Source of the DNA: Enoplolaimus lenunculus
Taxonomy: Eukaryota
Direction: 5' to 3'
Assembly: GCA_030248215.1 (NCBI GenBank)
Contig: JASANG010001013.1
Location: 372,001-436,000, forward strand
DNA length: 64,000 bases
Positions 12,552-26,029 of the stretch are shown piece after piece. The position numbers and the translations under genes were made by a program. The notes beneath the pieces are model-generated. The model did not search any database. It was not told the DNA's origin and saw only the letters and a list, made by a program, of their open reading frames with translations. Every line of letters begins with the position of its first letter. The stretch's first letter is position 1.

Positions 12552-13373
12552 TATGGAACCTATGCTATACAACGCGTGAAAGGATTAGTAGACTTTGTAA
12601 TAAGACCAAAAGATGGTACAGCGTTCATTTTGTGAGAACAAACGTTGAAGATATAGTAATATCTACAGTTTCATATAATGAAACGACAATGGTATAATTA
12701 GTTTTAGCTAATGACGTACCGGAAAACTTGTCGATCAGCCGGGACCTGCTTCGAAAAGAAACCTTGTGAAATATCCGTTCACGATATAGAATTACAGATC
12801 TATTTTCCGATGGCTTACATGAACCTGTGTCTATACCTGATAGTCACAAACATTTCAGGGGTGCGGGCTGCGGGCTGTCACCCCCCTCAAGTCGGAACGG
12901 TACCCAGATATATTCCGTTGCTTGATAAATGCTGTGTGATGGGAATCGGAGATTTTTTCATTATTAACCCTTTCTCGCATAGAGTATACTACTGTAGTGA
13001 CCCGAATAAGAGGGGGGTGATACTTATTTGGCCTCTCCAGAGGACACCCACTGTTATTCGGTTACGGACAGTTATTTGTATTTAATTCGCACTCCGCCGC
13101 CCGTCGTTACTGATATATATCCGGCATAGCAGCCATCCGTTGAATTAAACGTTTGTTTTGTAACAGGAGCTTAGGCGATGATAAACCTAATCTTAATAAG
13201 GAGCTGAGTCTTAGCCTAAGCCAAAAGACTAACCGTGTGATAATGTAATGATATAACGCTGTAGGTAGAAGACTTTCGCTTTCCTTTAAATTAACACTAG
13301 TGTGGGGAAATATACAAATGCACTTTTAGCTAAGTATACAAGTATATACATTAAAGTAAAGTATTTTAAAGCA

Positions 13374-16244
13374 ATGCATATATCAATTGATGCAACAAGC
13401 ATCGAATTAGCACCCAGACGGCATAACAGCTGTCGAAAATCCACCCAATCCAGTATAGGTTACGGTGACACCGCTACCGGCACCGCCGAATCACAAGGCG
13501 TTACCACAAAACTGCATCAGTTTTGTGAAACTACGCCGTTACATGGATTTTACTCGCTCGGTTCAGCGCCGACAATATGGCGTAAGCTAATCTGGGCCGC
13601 TTTGGTGGTTGGAGCGTTTGTGTTAGGCGGATACCAAATTATAAAAATTGTCGTCGAATATCGCGAACAGCATACAGCGTTCGGCATACGAATTGTCACT
13701 GACGCACCCTCGTTGAAATTTCCAGACATCCTTCTTTGTGACATGGCCCCCCTGAACGATACAGCAATGTCTGAACTTGGTATAACCGATTTGACAGCGA
13801 GTTCGACAGCAACTGCAACCGCAACAACAACTTCAACAACGACAACAACGACGACGACAACTGGAAACGCTTCAGTATTTGAATTGATTAAAAGTTTCAG
13901 TTGGAATTGGGATTTTCATAAAATTTCAGCTGATGCCCTCAAAGGATTCGAGTCGTTCGCAACAAGTCTCGCTGTTCTACGACAAATTCAACAAAAATCA
14001 AATTTAACCTTTGGCGAACTGGTGTTAAGATTTGGACACGACTGTGGTCAATTTTTGCGACGCTGCAGCTACGGAGCCAAATCAGCCGTCGGAGCGTTGA
14101 AACCGGTCCAGTGCTGTGCGCATACCCGACCGATGATTTATAAAGATTTTGGGCTGTGTTACGTTGTCGAAGGTATGAATACGTCACAAGAACACGGCGT
14201 TTATGCGAATTTTGGATTTTTATGGAATTTGTGGCTCATCACAGCGAAAAAATGGCAAAACCCGGCGAGTTTAAGACATGAAGGTATATTTATTGGTGTT
14301 TCGTACAATTATTTAACCGAGTATGATTCACAGTTTTTAACTGCGTTGCCAAGTGCGTTTACACAAATTAATTTGATCCCAAAACAAACTGTCCTTCTGA
14401 ATCGTGTTAAACATCCGTGTGACTCGTCTACAACAAATTCGATACAGTATTGTTTCAAGCAATGCGAGTATCGCTACTATGCGTCACGATGCGGTTGTGT
14501 ACCAATCGCATTTTTACACATGAACTATTTTCCCACGCGTAACAATTTTCACACGCGTAACAATTTTCGCACGCGTAACAATTTTCCCACGCTCCGTCTA
14601 GACAACATGTCGACAATGTCGCAATCTTCTCACGCTCAATTTGTCCACAATACAACACGATACTGTGAAATTGTTGAAATAATGCGATGTTTTATTGCAA
14701 ATCCAAAATTGCAATTTGCGATTGAAGACTGCAGTCGCCGTTGTCGCCCACCGTGTACGCAATGGAGTTATGCAAGCACAGTTGCGAGCATTCCATACCG
14801 TATTGATCAACGTATGAATTATACACATAACAACAAACGGATACGCCAGTTTATGGCAAAAACAAATATTCACATATTTATTAGTTCGTTACAATATAGT
14901 CAACTTAGACAATTTTATACTATCACTCTTGAGTCGCTGTTAGGCGATATCGGAGGCCTGTTTAGTATTTATGTTGGCGGTTCCCTGCTTGCGGTACTCC
15001 ATTGCGTTTTCTCGGCGTTTGGTAAGTATCTTTAGACTTTCAAGGTGCGATGTTAAGGTTTGTTGACACGTGGCTCATATAGTGAGCTCGACCCATGTAA
15101 AGATCAGGGGCGGAACGGTTTTCTCAAAAGCCATGAATTTGTATTAAATTGTAGGACTAAAATGGCGTTCGGTTTCTCGTTTGCTTCAGTTCGGAGCTTT
15201 TTTTCCACGATTATGGTTTATGCAATGTCATCATGGCCATTCTTGGTCAACGGTGCCACAAAGTCTCTTAGAAACCATGAAACAACCTCGTGATAGCCCT
15301 GGTCTATAAGAGATTTTGTGGCACTGTTGACAAAATTATACTGAACGGCGAATAACAGAAATTTATGGATCCGTCAGCATGTAAATCTCTGAGACACGAA
15401 AAACTGTGCTATCCTATTACTGGCCCATGTTAATTTAGGGGGTGTCCAAATTTATGGTGGGTCTATAAAATAGTAGGATTAGATTCTAGATTACATTTTT
15501 TGCCTAAGTTTAGGCTTAGGCTTAGGAATACGCTTAATCTACTGTATCGCCCCTTAAAGTAACATTGGTCCTATTATACGTATAATCTATACTTTAACCT
15601 ACTTTATTGTAAGTGGTCAAAAGCAAGTAAGTTTTCAAATTTGTTAAAATTTGACTTGGCCAATTTTATTTTCTCACTGTTCCACGACATTTCCTGTCGT
15701 GTTGCGATATAACTAAAGACCAATCAAATTTGATTATTTGGACAGACGCAATAAACGTTTACCAACAAGCGTCAGTTTTACATGTTTTGCTACATCTCAC
15801 AATCGCTATTTTAGCCCGGGTTTGGCTTGAATAGCAGATTAGCCTACGAGATATACATGAATTTGAGGCTTACGTTCCGGACACTTTGAATCACGTCGTG
15901 TATCTATTTTGAGAAAAATTTTATCGAACTTTAAATATTTTGTTCAAATTGACGCAATTGCCTGCTTACAAGACGACACTTACGTAAATTAAAGCATATG
16001 TATTGTTTTATTGCTAGGAATACTTAAAAACATCAAAGAATCAACCGATAACAACGAAACTGCTTGCGTTAGAACTGCTGATTCTGAACCCCAAACTCAT
16101 CAAATCGTTTCGCCAACGCTCCAAAGACTCCGACACCAGCGTCGCCGCTCCGAGCAACCCCGTAACGACTCTACCCTGGTGAGCCAGCTGCCGAAAAGTT
16201 TCTCGCTAAAACAGTTCGATAGCCTCAAACGTAGTTGGACTTAA
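13374..16244 (+). CDS. Degenerin/ENaC (amiloride-sensitive sodium channel family) subunit
   Basis: Exon 1 is 13374-15021 (ATG; donor G|GTAAGT) and exon 2 is 16018-16244 (acceptor TAG|, phase 1 matches). Motifs: pre-TM1 TPLHG, TM1 (RKLIWAALVVGAFVLGG), FPDILLC, GLCY, Cys-rich thumb (CFKQC..CGC..C..CRPPC) and TM2 SLLGDIGGLFSIYVGGS. The start codon could lie further upstream. Confidence 0.9.
15422..15570 (-). mobile_element. Family B MITE in the ENaC intron
   Basis: TIRs; TSD CTATTACT/CTATTATA. Confidence 0.82.
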
Positions 16245-16984
16245 AATTAACCTTTCTACTGAGCAGAGGTCTTTATTGGCGGTATTATCAAACGTCTTTA
16301 CGCCGGTCGTCAAAAAAAGTAGTACGGGTACGATGCAAGCTCAGGACCGCGACTACAATATTCGACCCCCCTCAACAGCGAGATAAAGGCCCCATGTAAG
16401 GTATGAATTATATTGCAGGGGTAACTTATTCATAAAAAGGCGCCATTGCCGCGGGGGCACAATTTGTAACGGTGGAAAAAAACTCGTGAGCAAAGCAAAC
16501 GATAAAGCAAATGTGAATAACGCAATGCTTATGATGAATTGCGCCGATGGCAGAATTTTTTAAAATGGGAATGGGGGTTCGATTTCGCCGAGGGAACCTG
16601 GTGCCCTGCCTCAACCTAGGGGTGGGTACAGGGGAGAGTAGTCGCGACATTGGGTAGTTTGGAGTATAAATATGCCTTTAACTGCCGGTTCGGATCATCA
16701 TAAACTTTAAAAAGGTCGAGGATTGTCGGCACCAGGTTTTATCTTGTGATCGTTTAACCTTTTTCTGCATGAATATTTTCTATTTCATCAGACGCGTATA
16801 TCCAATCTATACGGTTCGAATCCTGGTCTACTGGTTTGCAGGGTTCGATCTAGTGCCACTAATATATTTTGATACCTGCAATTTATTTGTTTTGTTGTTA
16901 CGTTTATATATTTTGAAAAATAAATATTTTATTTTGAACTACATGATTTCGTTTAGAACGAAATTGGTCGATTTTGAACTTATT

Positions 16985-17201
16985 CACTGCAAATTTCAGT
17001 GAGTTGATTTTAACTCAGAATGAGTTGAATTATTCAGTCTGATTTAGGACTATTTAGAACTCAGCATTTTGAAGTGATTCAATGCACTCTGAGTTAATTA
17101 ATCCACTCGCCAAGATTCAACTAAACTCAGAGTGAGTTAATGTCAGAAATAAAGTAACTCTCTAGCTATGTTGATTAATCTACTCATTGGAATTTACAGT
17201 G
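16985..17201. mobile_element. Second CACTG-ended MITE family (copies 47793-48138, 56377-56629)
   Basis: CACTGCAAATTTCAGTGAGTTGATT ... AATCTACTCATTGGAATTTACAGTG with internal GAGTTGA/AACTC motifs. Confidence 0.7.
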
Positions 17202-17469
17202 TACGGCTTGCTTCTTACAAGCACATTTGGTCACAACAGTGATCTGATTACCATCCCCTACGTTTTGTGGTGTGGCAACGGGAGCACTTTGTCGTCACTA
17301 CTATCACCTTTTACTAGCAGGGGTGCTAACTTTATTAATCAATATGAGTATATAACGCAAAATTTCCGCAAGATCGAAGAATCTCGTTGAGTTCGACCGT
17401 CATGATGTTTATAGTCACGGTCAACGCTTCAAGAGACGGTTTGAGGTTTGAGTCTTGGCTTGAGATTAT

Positions 17470-17693
17470 GGCCCATATTCTCAAATGCGTATAGCACCTA
17501 TCATCAGTTAGTGATAGGTTTTCAAACTGACGAATAAACTGCAATTGCAGATCACAAAATTGGCGCAAAAGTAGGGCAAATTAAACGCAAACATTGCGCT
17601 GAATTTCGAACCTCACCGTGAGCATGTTGCATAGTTATACATGGATCTATCACCAACTGGTGATAGGTGCTGTACACATTTGAGAATACGGGC
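17470..17693. mobile_element. MITE with TIR containing TATTCTCAAATG..TAGCACCTATCA (copies 20886-21122, 55168-55381; partial 19057)
   Basis: About 40-bp inverted termini repeated at several loci. Confidence 0.7.
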
Positions 17694-18392
17694 TTAAATC
17701 TCAGATAATATGAAAAAATATTCGTAAAAACGTTAAATATTTTTTCTATATTTTATTTTTCAAAAATGTGTATTATAATTTAAAACATTTTGACTTTTTT
17801 TAAATCTTTAAAAGACTTTTTTTGCTTATGCTTTTAAATAACTTTTAATGTTGACACACGCCATTACACTGTCGCCATTTTTGAACATCAGCTGGAGTTC
17901 GTAGTATTTCTAAAACAAATATTTTCAATTTATATTTTAAAATTTAAAAAAAAAGCACAATGTAACCGGATATCCGTTCCGGATACAAAATCGGTGTTCG
18001 GTTTCGTTTCTGTTTCCGTAATATTTCACAATACCGGAATTTGTTTTTATTTTTGTTTTCAAAATCAGTTATAAAGTATGTAAATATCTCGCAATTTTTT
18101 GATTACAGATATATACTGCAATTCTTCGATATAAAACAAAAATTGCGAAATTCATGCAAAAGTTTAAAATTTCAGTAAATTCGCTATTTTTTGTTTAAAA
18201 TTTAGAAATCCCGGTCAATATTTGCGTTCGTCAATTGCGTCCGGCAGAAAAATAAAAGTAAACCATTTATACTTCATTATCCGTTTTCCGTTTCTGTTAT
18301 TTTTACTATCCGTTTACGCCCTGGTTAAAAGCACGCTTTACGCGTGTAGAATTTTGCTGAAACTGTTCTTTTGCGAGAAGCAATAAGCTTGC

Positions 18393-18582
18393 GGCCAATG
18401 TTACTTTAAGGGGCGTAACTGTAAATTAAGCGTATTCCTAAGCCTAAGCCTAAGCGTTGTAAAAATAAATTCCTCGGCTTAAGCATAAGCCTAAGCCTAA
18501 GCAAAAAATGTTATCTAGAATCTAAACCCACCCTTTTATAGACCTACCAGAAACCTGGACGGCCCTTAAAGTAACATTGGAA
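18393..18582 (+). mobile_element. Family B MITE
   Basis: TIR GGCCAATGTTACTTTAAGGGG; TSD AAGCTTGC/AAGCTCGT. Confidence 0.85.
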
Positions 18583-20112
18583 AAGCTCGTTATGTAGGTC
18601 TGTCAGGTACTTTTTGCTGAAATAATTGACCAGAGCATCGACAGAGTATAGTTTTGAAACCGGTACTGTGATGAAAAAGGTTTAAGTAAAATCTAATGAC
18701 GCTTAAAATCTATATAAACGTCCAACGCGTGCCTATAGCAATATATACCCGTATTGCCCTCGTATTTCTAATAGGCTAAAGTATACCTAAAGTGTCGTTC
18801 ACTTTAATATGCACCCGGCTTGTGAAAATCAAACACGCCATTTCTGGTCGAACATTTAAAAATCTGGTTAGTGCAAATGGTTGAATTGGCAAAAACTTAC
18901 ATTTCCGCCAATCAACGATAGCAGTTTTGCAATAACGCTATTGGTTAAATCAATTTGACTACTTTTCGAGTTTTGACCACTTGGCGTCTCACAAATATCT
19001 TTGCCTAAGTCTTCACATTTGATATCACTAAATTACACAAGCAACAATCTGGTCGAGTATTCTCAAATGTGTATAGCACCTATTTACTAGTTGAAGGTAA
19101 AGTTCTTGTAAGCTTTACGTTGCATATATATTCGCATGGTCTCAGCTTAATATTTCAGTATGTAACGTCTAATTTAATTCGTTAAAGGCCCACGGCCGAC
19201 TACTTTCAAAACATTGATTCTGAACTTTTGGCCATGAAAACTTTCTATTTTGATCACAGATTATTTTCGCTAAAAAATTTAAGAAAATGACTTTAAAATC
19301 AAGATTACACTTTTACAATATATCTATATATTAAAGCTGGAACGTCGCACATACGTATTTTAGGCAACTTTCCAGCATTTACTTTGTTTACAATAATTTG
19401 TTAACAAATACACGTGATTGTTCTATGAAAAGAAAATTTGCAAGGAAATTTTTGTGCTTTCGCTACCGTTTGCGCATTGCACAAAGCTAGGTGACTAGTA
19501 TTTGTTTGATCAAAAACGTATGAAATTGTGACGTGATGTATACGCAAATTAATATTACACAACTCGCATATTTACATTTGAATCGGAATCGGAATTTTAT
19601 GCCAACCACATTTAAACAACAACTCGCCAAAGTATTCGACGTCTGGAATGCTGAGCTGAAATGCGAACAAAATTAAATATATTTCATATAAATTATAACC
19701 TTGAAGTAGATTTTAATGAGAATGAAAAAAATTAAACAATCTTGCTGGTTAAGGATCATACGTGGCCAGACTGGTCTAGGGCAACAGGTACTAGGAGCGA
19801 ATAATTTCAAAGGGAACGGGATTACTCATAAATTAATACAAAAAACCAAACGGATTATGGTACGAAGCATACTGTAGTGACGCGAACAGGAGAACGAACT
19901 CTTATTAGTGATGCGGACTGTTATTGATTGCGACTCAAAATGGGGTCCCTCTTATTACCCCTTTCCCCTCTCTTATCCGGATCACTACAGTACTTTCATT
20001 TGGCTACGGGTCTGCAAACGCATGCATGGGTGCATTCGGAATACTGGAAAATAAAGGTTACGTTCTATAAAATTTGTAACGGATGGTTTTTAGGTTGCAA
20101 ACTGATGCCGTA

Positions 20113-20560
20113 CTGTAGTGACCCGAATAAGAGAGCGTGGGGTAATAAGTAATAAGAGACGGTGCCCGTTTTGAATCCCAATTAATAGGAGTCCGTATCT
20201 CTAAAAAGAGTCCGTAAGAGAATAGAGTCCCTAAACCCTAATTGGAGTCCATAAATATCAATTATCCCTAACTGTAGTGCATAAATGACTCCAAGATCAA
20301 ATTATTTGAGTTCGACACTTTAAATCGTACTTAAATTTTGAAAGTACATCCTAAGTATAACCTTGCATGATCGCTGAAGCTATTGACACAAGACAAATAA
20401 ACGTTTAATTCAACGTATAGTTGCAATACCGGATATATACCAGTAACGAACGGTGACGGAGCGTCGGTAAAAATAAATAACAGTCCGAAACCGAATACCA
20501 GGCGGTATACTCTGGATAGGCCAAATAAATATCAGTCCCCTCTTCTTCAGATCACTACAG
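20113..20560. mobile_element. TA-flanked MITE with CTGTAGTGA(C/T)C termini (Tc1/mariner-like)
   Basis: TA|CTGTAGTGACCCGAATAAGAG ... CTCTTCTTCAGATCACTACAG|TA. A shorter copy is at 19872-19990, with partial copies near 12992, 25452 and 34993. Confidence 0.7.
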
Positions 20561-21376
20561 TATCCAAAGACCCTTGAACAAAATTGTCAATGGGGGTTCA
20601 CCCCTGAAACACCATGGCTACACCCCTAAATGCATGATCAGCTCTTGCTTACATCAAATCGTGGTATAGCAGGACCCGGATTATTGTACGAGAACGTCAA
20701 GTTGAGCACCGAACTGATCGAAGGTGGATACGGGGAGACTCCAATAGAATTTGCATCGACAACTAATGTTTGTTTCACGGCTGAAGTTGTTAAAATATAA
20801 TGGTTAACGGCGTAACCACGGGGTAACTAAGCTATTTTTTGATCGACAGCATCAAGACGCAAAACAGGATTTTAATCTCTAGGACCCCCGTATTCTCAAA
20901 TGTGTGTAGCACCTATCATCAGTTGATGAGCATCTAAATGTTTGATCGGGTAACGGTTCAAATGCGTGAATAATGAGCTTAAAACAATTTAGCACATTTT
21001 TCGCGTTTATTTCGTTGTACTTGTGCGCCCAGTTTGAGATGTCAGCAAATGCAGAAATTTGCCAGTCTGAAAACCTATTACTAACTAGTGATAGATGCTA
21101 TACCGTATTTGAGAATATGGACCTAGAAGGTTTATGAACTGTGAATCACGTAAATGTGAGGAAAATTCATCCACAACTTTCAATGCTTGAATCAAAAACA
21201 AATTTAACCTTATGACGTCAAAATCTACATGCGCAGGTGACGTCATACAAATGCGTCATTCACAGTTTAATTTAGGTGTTTGGAGAACTGAAAGCGGCTG
21301 AGGGCTACCGTAACACCTGTAGCCGTAAGCCACTTTTCGTGTACCCTAAACCTAAACTATATTGCATAAATGCATG

Positions 21377-21810
21377 TGCCAATATATAGATCACATTGAT
21401 CAAGATCGGAACGTTTTTCCGCTGGACTGGAAATGAGTACGCTTAAGCTTTAGACTAATTTTTGCTTAGGAGTATGCTTTAGGTTTAGGTTTAGATATGG
21501 GTTGATCCTTACGCTTCGGCTTAGGCTTCGGTATATAGTTATACTACTGTTAGCCCATGTATAGAACAGGGCCGGATCGTTTTCCGGCGGGGCTGTAATG
21601 GAGTCAGTTTAAGCTTCAGACTAACTTTTTTGCTTAGGCTTAGGCGTAGGAAAAGGCTTATTCATACGCTTAGGCTTAGGCTTAGGAAAAGGCTTATCCA
21701 TACGCTTAGGCTTAGGCTTAGGCTTAGGCTTGGCTTAGGAATATGCTTATACAACTGTTCCGGCCATGTTCTACACATAGGCCCTACTGTTACAGCCCTG
21801 TTGATTGGCC
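21377..21810 (-). mobile_element. Nested family A MITEs (inner copy 21552-21783)
   Basis: Outer TSD AATGCATG/AATCCATG; inner perfect TSD CTACTGTT. Confidence 0.9.
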
Positions 21811-22095
21811 AATCCATGAACTTACGACAAACAGCAGCATGAAAATTAGTATCCGGTGGCTTGCAGTCGCAAATAACATAAGCAATAAGACACACAAATG
21901 TAACGTAACGCAACATAATGCAATTCACGAAGCTGGTTGCTTGCTTTATTTACCCAAAACCAACCAATCTATTAAGTCTCCAGACACTAAAGCCAGCTAT
22001 AACAGTACTGTTTGTACCAGCGAAACAACTAAATAGTCAAATTTATGTCAAATTAATCAGGTTTATATACCCTTACATTTTTTTACTTGGACCTG

Positions 22096-22279
22096 GGTCC
22101 ATGTTACTTTAAGTAGGGTCCAGGTTTCTGCTGGCTCTATAAAAGAGTAGGTTTAGATTCTAGATTACATTTTTTGCTTAGGCTTAGGCTTAGGCTTAGG
22201 AACACATTTTTGCACTGCTTAGGCTTAGGCTTAAGAATACGCTTAATCTACTGTAACGCCCCAAAAAGTAACATTGGCC
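22096..22279 (-). mobile_element. Family B MITE
   Basis: TIRs; TSD TGGACCTG/GGGACCTG. Confidence 0.88.
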
Positions 22280-22459
22280 GGGACCTGTATATTTCTGGTT
22301 TTCATACGTCATTATCTTTTGTTATAGTTCGATAAATGGTTGCTCGTAGCATAAATTAAAAATCATTTGCTTTTTTTACGTGCAAAAAATTAAGCGGATT
22401 AGGCTCTGTTAAGCTTAAAACAAAACACAGTTAAAGTAGTTAATTTTGATAACAAAATT

Positions 22460-22697
22460 GGCGAATGTTACTTTTGCAATGCTACTTTTAGGGGTGTAAG
22501 TAGATTAAGCGTATTGCTAAGCCTAAGCCTAAGCCTAAGCGTTGCGAAGCCTAAGCCTAAGCGTTGACAAAACGTGTTCGTAAGCCTAAGTTTAAACCTA
22601 AGCCTAAGCCTAAGTAACAAAATGTAATCTAGAATAGAAACCTAATGATTTATGGGCCCACCAAAAACCTGGACGCCCCTTAAAGTAGCATTAGGCC
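22460..22697 (+). mobile_element. Family B MITE
   Basis: TIRs (left end partly duplicated); TSD ACAAAATT/ACAAAATG. Confidence 0.82.
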
Positions 22698-22942
22698 ACA
22701 AAATGTATAACATTAATTTTCAGGCGAAAAGCAAAATTGAACCAAAAACAGGTTTGACGTCTTAAGTAATTATTAATAGCAGCTGATCTGGCAAAATATT
22801 TAATTAATGTTATCGATTATATTGTTTAATTTTGGTCAACTTATCGCAGTAATCGGCCTGATTCCAACGTTACAAGACCTATCACCTACTGCTATTTCTG
22901 AATTTACCTAAAAAATGTTGCGCACTCCGCAATATTAAAAGT

Positions 22943-23120
22943 TTAACCTTTTCTCACATAAATATTTTCAATTTCAAATGAGACGTTATTTCAAAGTAGG
23001 ATTCGAACCCCAATCTCACGGGTGGGAGGCGTTTACGATGACCACTGAGCTATAGGAGCTTGACGCTCGAGCCCGAGTGGGCTCTCACATCTTGTGGAGA
23101 TTTTGCACTGCGCATATATG
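22943..23120 (-). mobile_element. tRNA-derived repeat, family T1
   Basis: Consensus A-box TAGCTCAGTGG and B-box GGTTCGAATCC on the minus strand; no complete cloverleaf. Confidence 0.65.
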
Positions 23121-23381
23121 CTAGAATTGTTAAACACTGTTCACAGTGTATATATCGCTCGTTATTGTATTTAGTTTCTCATAATATGCTCTTTGAGTGA
23201 GAGGGTTATAGATACTAACTGAAAATTTTTTCCAATAAGTAATTTTTTGGACCTTTCGTTTTTGTGGATAAAACACTCGTACGTGAAATTAATCAAATTC
23301 TGGAGTATTTTTTGTGAATTTGGGTGCGAAATGATCAGCGTAACTTTCAGTAGCTGAAATATGTAAAAATTTTAAGCCCTA

Positions 23382-23757
23382 ATGACGTAACTTTTAGTTC
23401 GGTCCCGGTTTTTGGTCGGACTGTATAACGAGTAGGGTTAGATTTTAGACTACATTTTTGCTAAGGCTCAGGCTTACACATTTTTCACCGTTTACGCTAA
23501 GGCTTATAAATGTGCTTAATCTACTGGGCCAATGTATAGAACAGGTCGTAACAACAGTAATACAAGTGTATTCCCGAAGCTTAAGCCTAAGCGTAAGAAT
23601 GAACTTACACCTAAACCTAAGCCTAAACCAAAACCTTACCTAAGTAAAAATTAGTTTAAAGCTTAAGTTTACTGTATTGCAGTCCGTCAGAAAAACGTTC
23701 CGCCCCCGATCTTTGCAAGAGCTATCTGTTGCTACGGCCCTAAAAGTATCATTGGCC
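23382..23757. mobile_element. Family B MITE (reverse) with nested family A copy 23527-23723
   Basis: Inner TSD ATCTACTG/ATCTGTTG; outer right TIR CCCTAAAAGTATCATTGGCC. Confidence 0.75.
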
Positions 23758-23775
23758 GCGCTCTAAGCATGGGGC

Positions 23776-24147
23776 GGCACAGGGTCGAATCGTTTTCCGG
23801 AGGGGCTATAATAGATATAGACAGTTTAAGCTTTAGACTATTTTTTGTCTTAAGCTTAGGCTTAGGCTTAGGCTTAAGCTTATGAATAGGCTCATCCATA
23901 CGCTTAGGCTTAGGCTTAGGCTTAGGCTTAGGCCTAGGCTTAAGGTTATGAATAGGCTCATCCATACGCTTAGGCTTAGGCTTAGGCTTAAGTTTAGGCT
24001 TAGGCATAGGCTTAGGCTTAGGCTTAAGCTTATGAATAGGCTCATCCATACGCTTAGGCTTAGGCTTAGGCTTAGGCTTAGGCTAAGGCTTAGGCTTAGA
24101 AATATGCTTATAATACTACTGTTCCGGCCCTGTTCTATACATGGGCC
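23776..24147 (-). mobile_element. Family A MITE with expanded TTAGGC tract
   Basis: Perfect TSD CATGGGGC; one TIR internally deleted. Confidence 0.9.
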
Positions 24148-26029
24148 CATGGGGCCATAGAACTATCTCGTTGCATTTTATTCGTTGAGATGCTACAATT
24201 ACAATTATCAAAAGTTAATTATTATTATAAATGTTGAAAATTGATACCTTTAGTGAAGTTTTATATTTAAGCAACTGCCAAGATATATTTCATAACAGTT
24301 TTTGATGTCGGAACTAAACAAATGAAAAAATTATACCAAGAAGTGAACGTTTCAGTTTTGAGACTCAAAGTGGCGCATCTGTTTTTGTGAAAAACTATTT
24401 TTTATACAAAGTTTTTGTTTAGTAAAATAGTAGTTGTATACAATGAAAGTTCTCGTAAGGATTGCGCTATACTTGACGTCCGGCGCCGTCCGTCACCGTT
24501 CGTACCATAAGTTATCGTACGTGAGTTATTTGCGTACGATGCCTCATGACGACGGACTACGGCATACGGGTTAAATTTCAATAATATCGTATACCTTTTA
24601 AATTAGAGCGCAACCGGAGGTAATAAAACCCAAAGCCGGAGGTGAAAATACCGTAGCCGAGACGGAGGTGAGACAAACTTAGGTAAATATGGTTCATTTG
24701 CTAATATGAACAATAATCTGCAAAATGTTGTCAAAAAAGTGTTTTAAGTTTTAAGTTTAAAAAATTTCCGCAACTTCAAATTGCAAAATTGCTCTTAGGA
24801 TTAGCGCAGCCAGAAGTGTAGGTGGCTGCGCCACTCTCAAACAATATTTAAAACTATAAACTAAAATACAAACTAAAACCAAACCCTATTTAAACCACAC
24901 CTTAAGGGAGTCCTTGGCTCCACGTTGTCTCTCTTAGAACTTAAGTTAGACTTAGCCGTTGTTACAATACGTAAAAAATACAAATTTAGGCTATGGCGGC
25001 TGTGTCCGCAATGTAAACTTCCATTGGCCCCTGTGCGGTCGTTAAATTATTGTTGGTCGTATTTGCGATTAAGGACATAGCTAGGATATATTAGCACCCT
25101 ATGGGTGTCTTGGACATGTCTTGGCTCACGTAGTCTCTCTAAGAACTTAAGTTAGGCACGTCAATTAGGACATATCTATTGTGCCGTAAAAATGCATTGT
25201 TGTTATAAAATCAGTGGTATCGCAGTATTCAGATGGGGCAATAAACGGTTATTACGGCCGCGTTACTGAATCAGAGCGTTAAGTGTACATCGGGATAGAA
25301 CTGCACGGAGTTGGGGGTTTGAGTGCTATAAGACCAATAAATCAGGAACTTCTCACAGGAACCAAAGGTAGACTGTCTGTCGGAACTAGAAATAGACCTA
25401 AGGTTATACTCTATATACATCTCTCAGTCGTTTCCCACACGCATGTCATGTACTGTAGTGACCCGAATATTAAAAGAGCGAGTATATAATATTTATTTTG
25501 CTTCTGCAGAGGATAGCTCTTCATGTTAAGTCGGTGACGGACTGTTGTTTATTTCTATTTATCCCAGTTCGACCGAATACCTTTCTATGACAATTTCCCT
25601 TTACTCTTCTAGCCTGAAATTTTTTAAATTTTCTCCTAAAATGCCACATTTCTGGCAGTGCGTTGACCCTAAACGTGTGCAATTTCAACAGCTCACACAC
25701 ATAAATATTCTTTACGTAGTATATATAGAAAGTAAATTTTACGTTAACCTTACCCTAGCGCGCGTGTCACAAAGTGTTCTGTGACAAGCGCTAGGGTTGG
25801 GTTAACAGAATAAAAAGTGTTAGGGTACGGTTAACGCGTGACAAATTTCAAATTTGTCACCTGTTAACCCTACCTTATGGCATATTTTGTGGAAAGTCTT
25901 AAATTTATGTTGTGAACGGCGCATAGTAGCGAAATTTTATAGATTTCTTAGTTGACTTCTATTTAAATTTATGACCGTTTACAAACATAGCACCAAGCAA
26001 AGCGTACTTTGTTCGTGTAAATTGCCAAT

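Noticed and set aside
16340..16655. Structured ncRNA (CGCGACTAC/GTAGTCGCG inverted ends, B-box-like GGTTCGATT)
   Set aside because: Only a 9-bp pairing, with no recognisable family motif or telomerase template. More likely a decayed MITE.
23850..24100. True telomere or chromosome-fusion scar
   Set aside because: The tracts are short, degenerate, in both orientations and enclosed by TIRs and TSDs.
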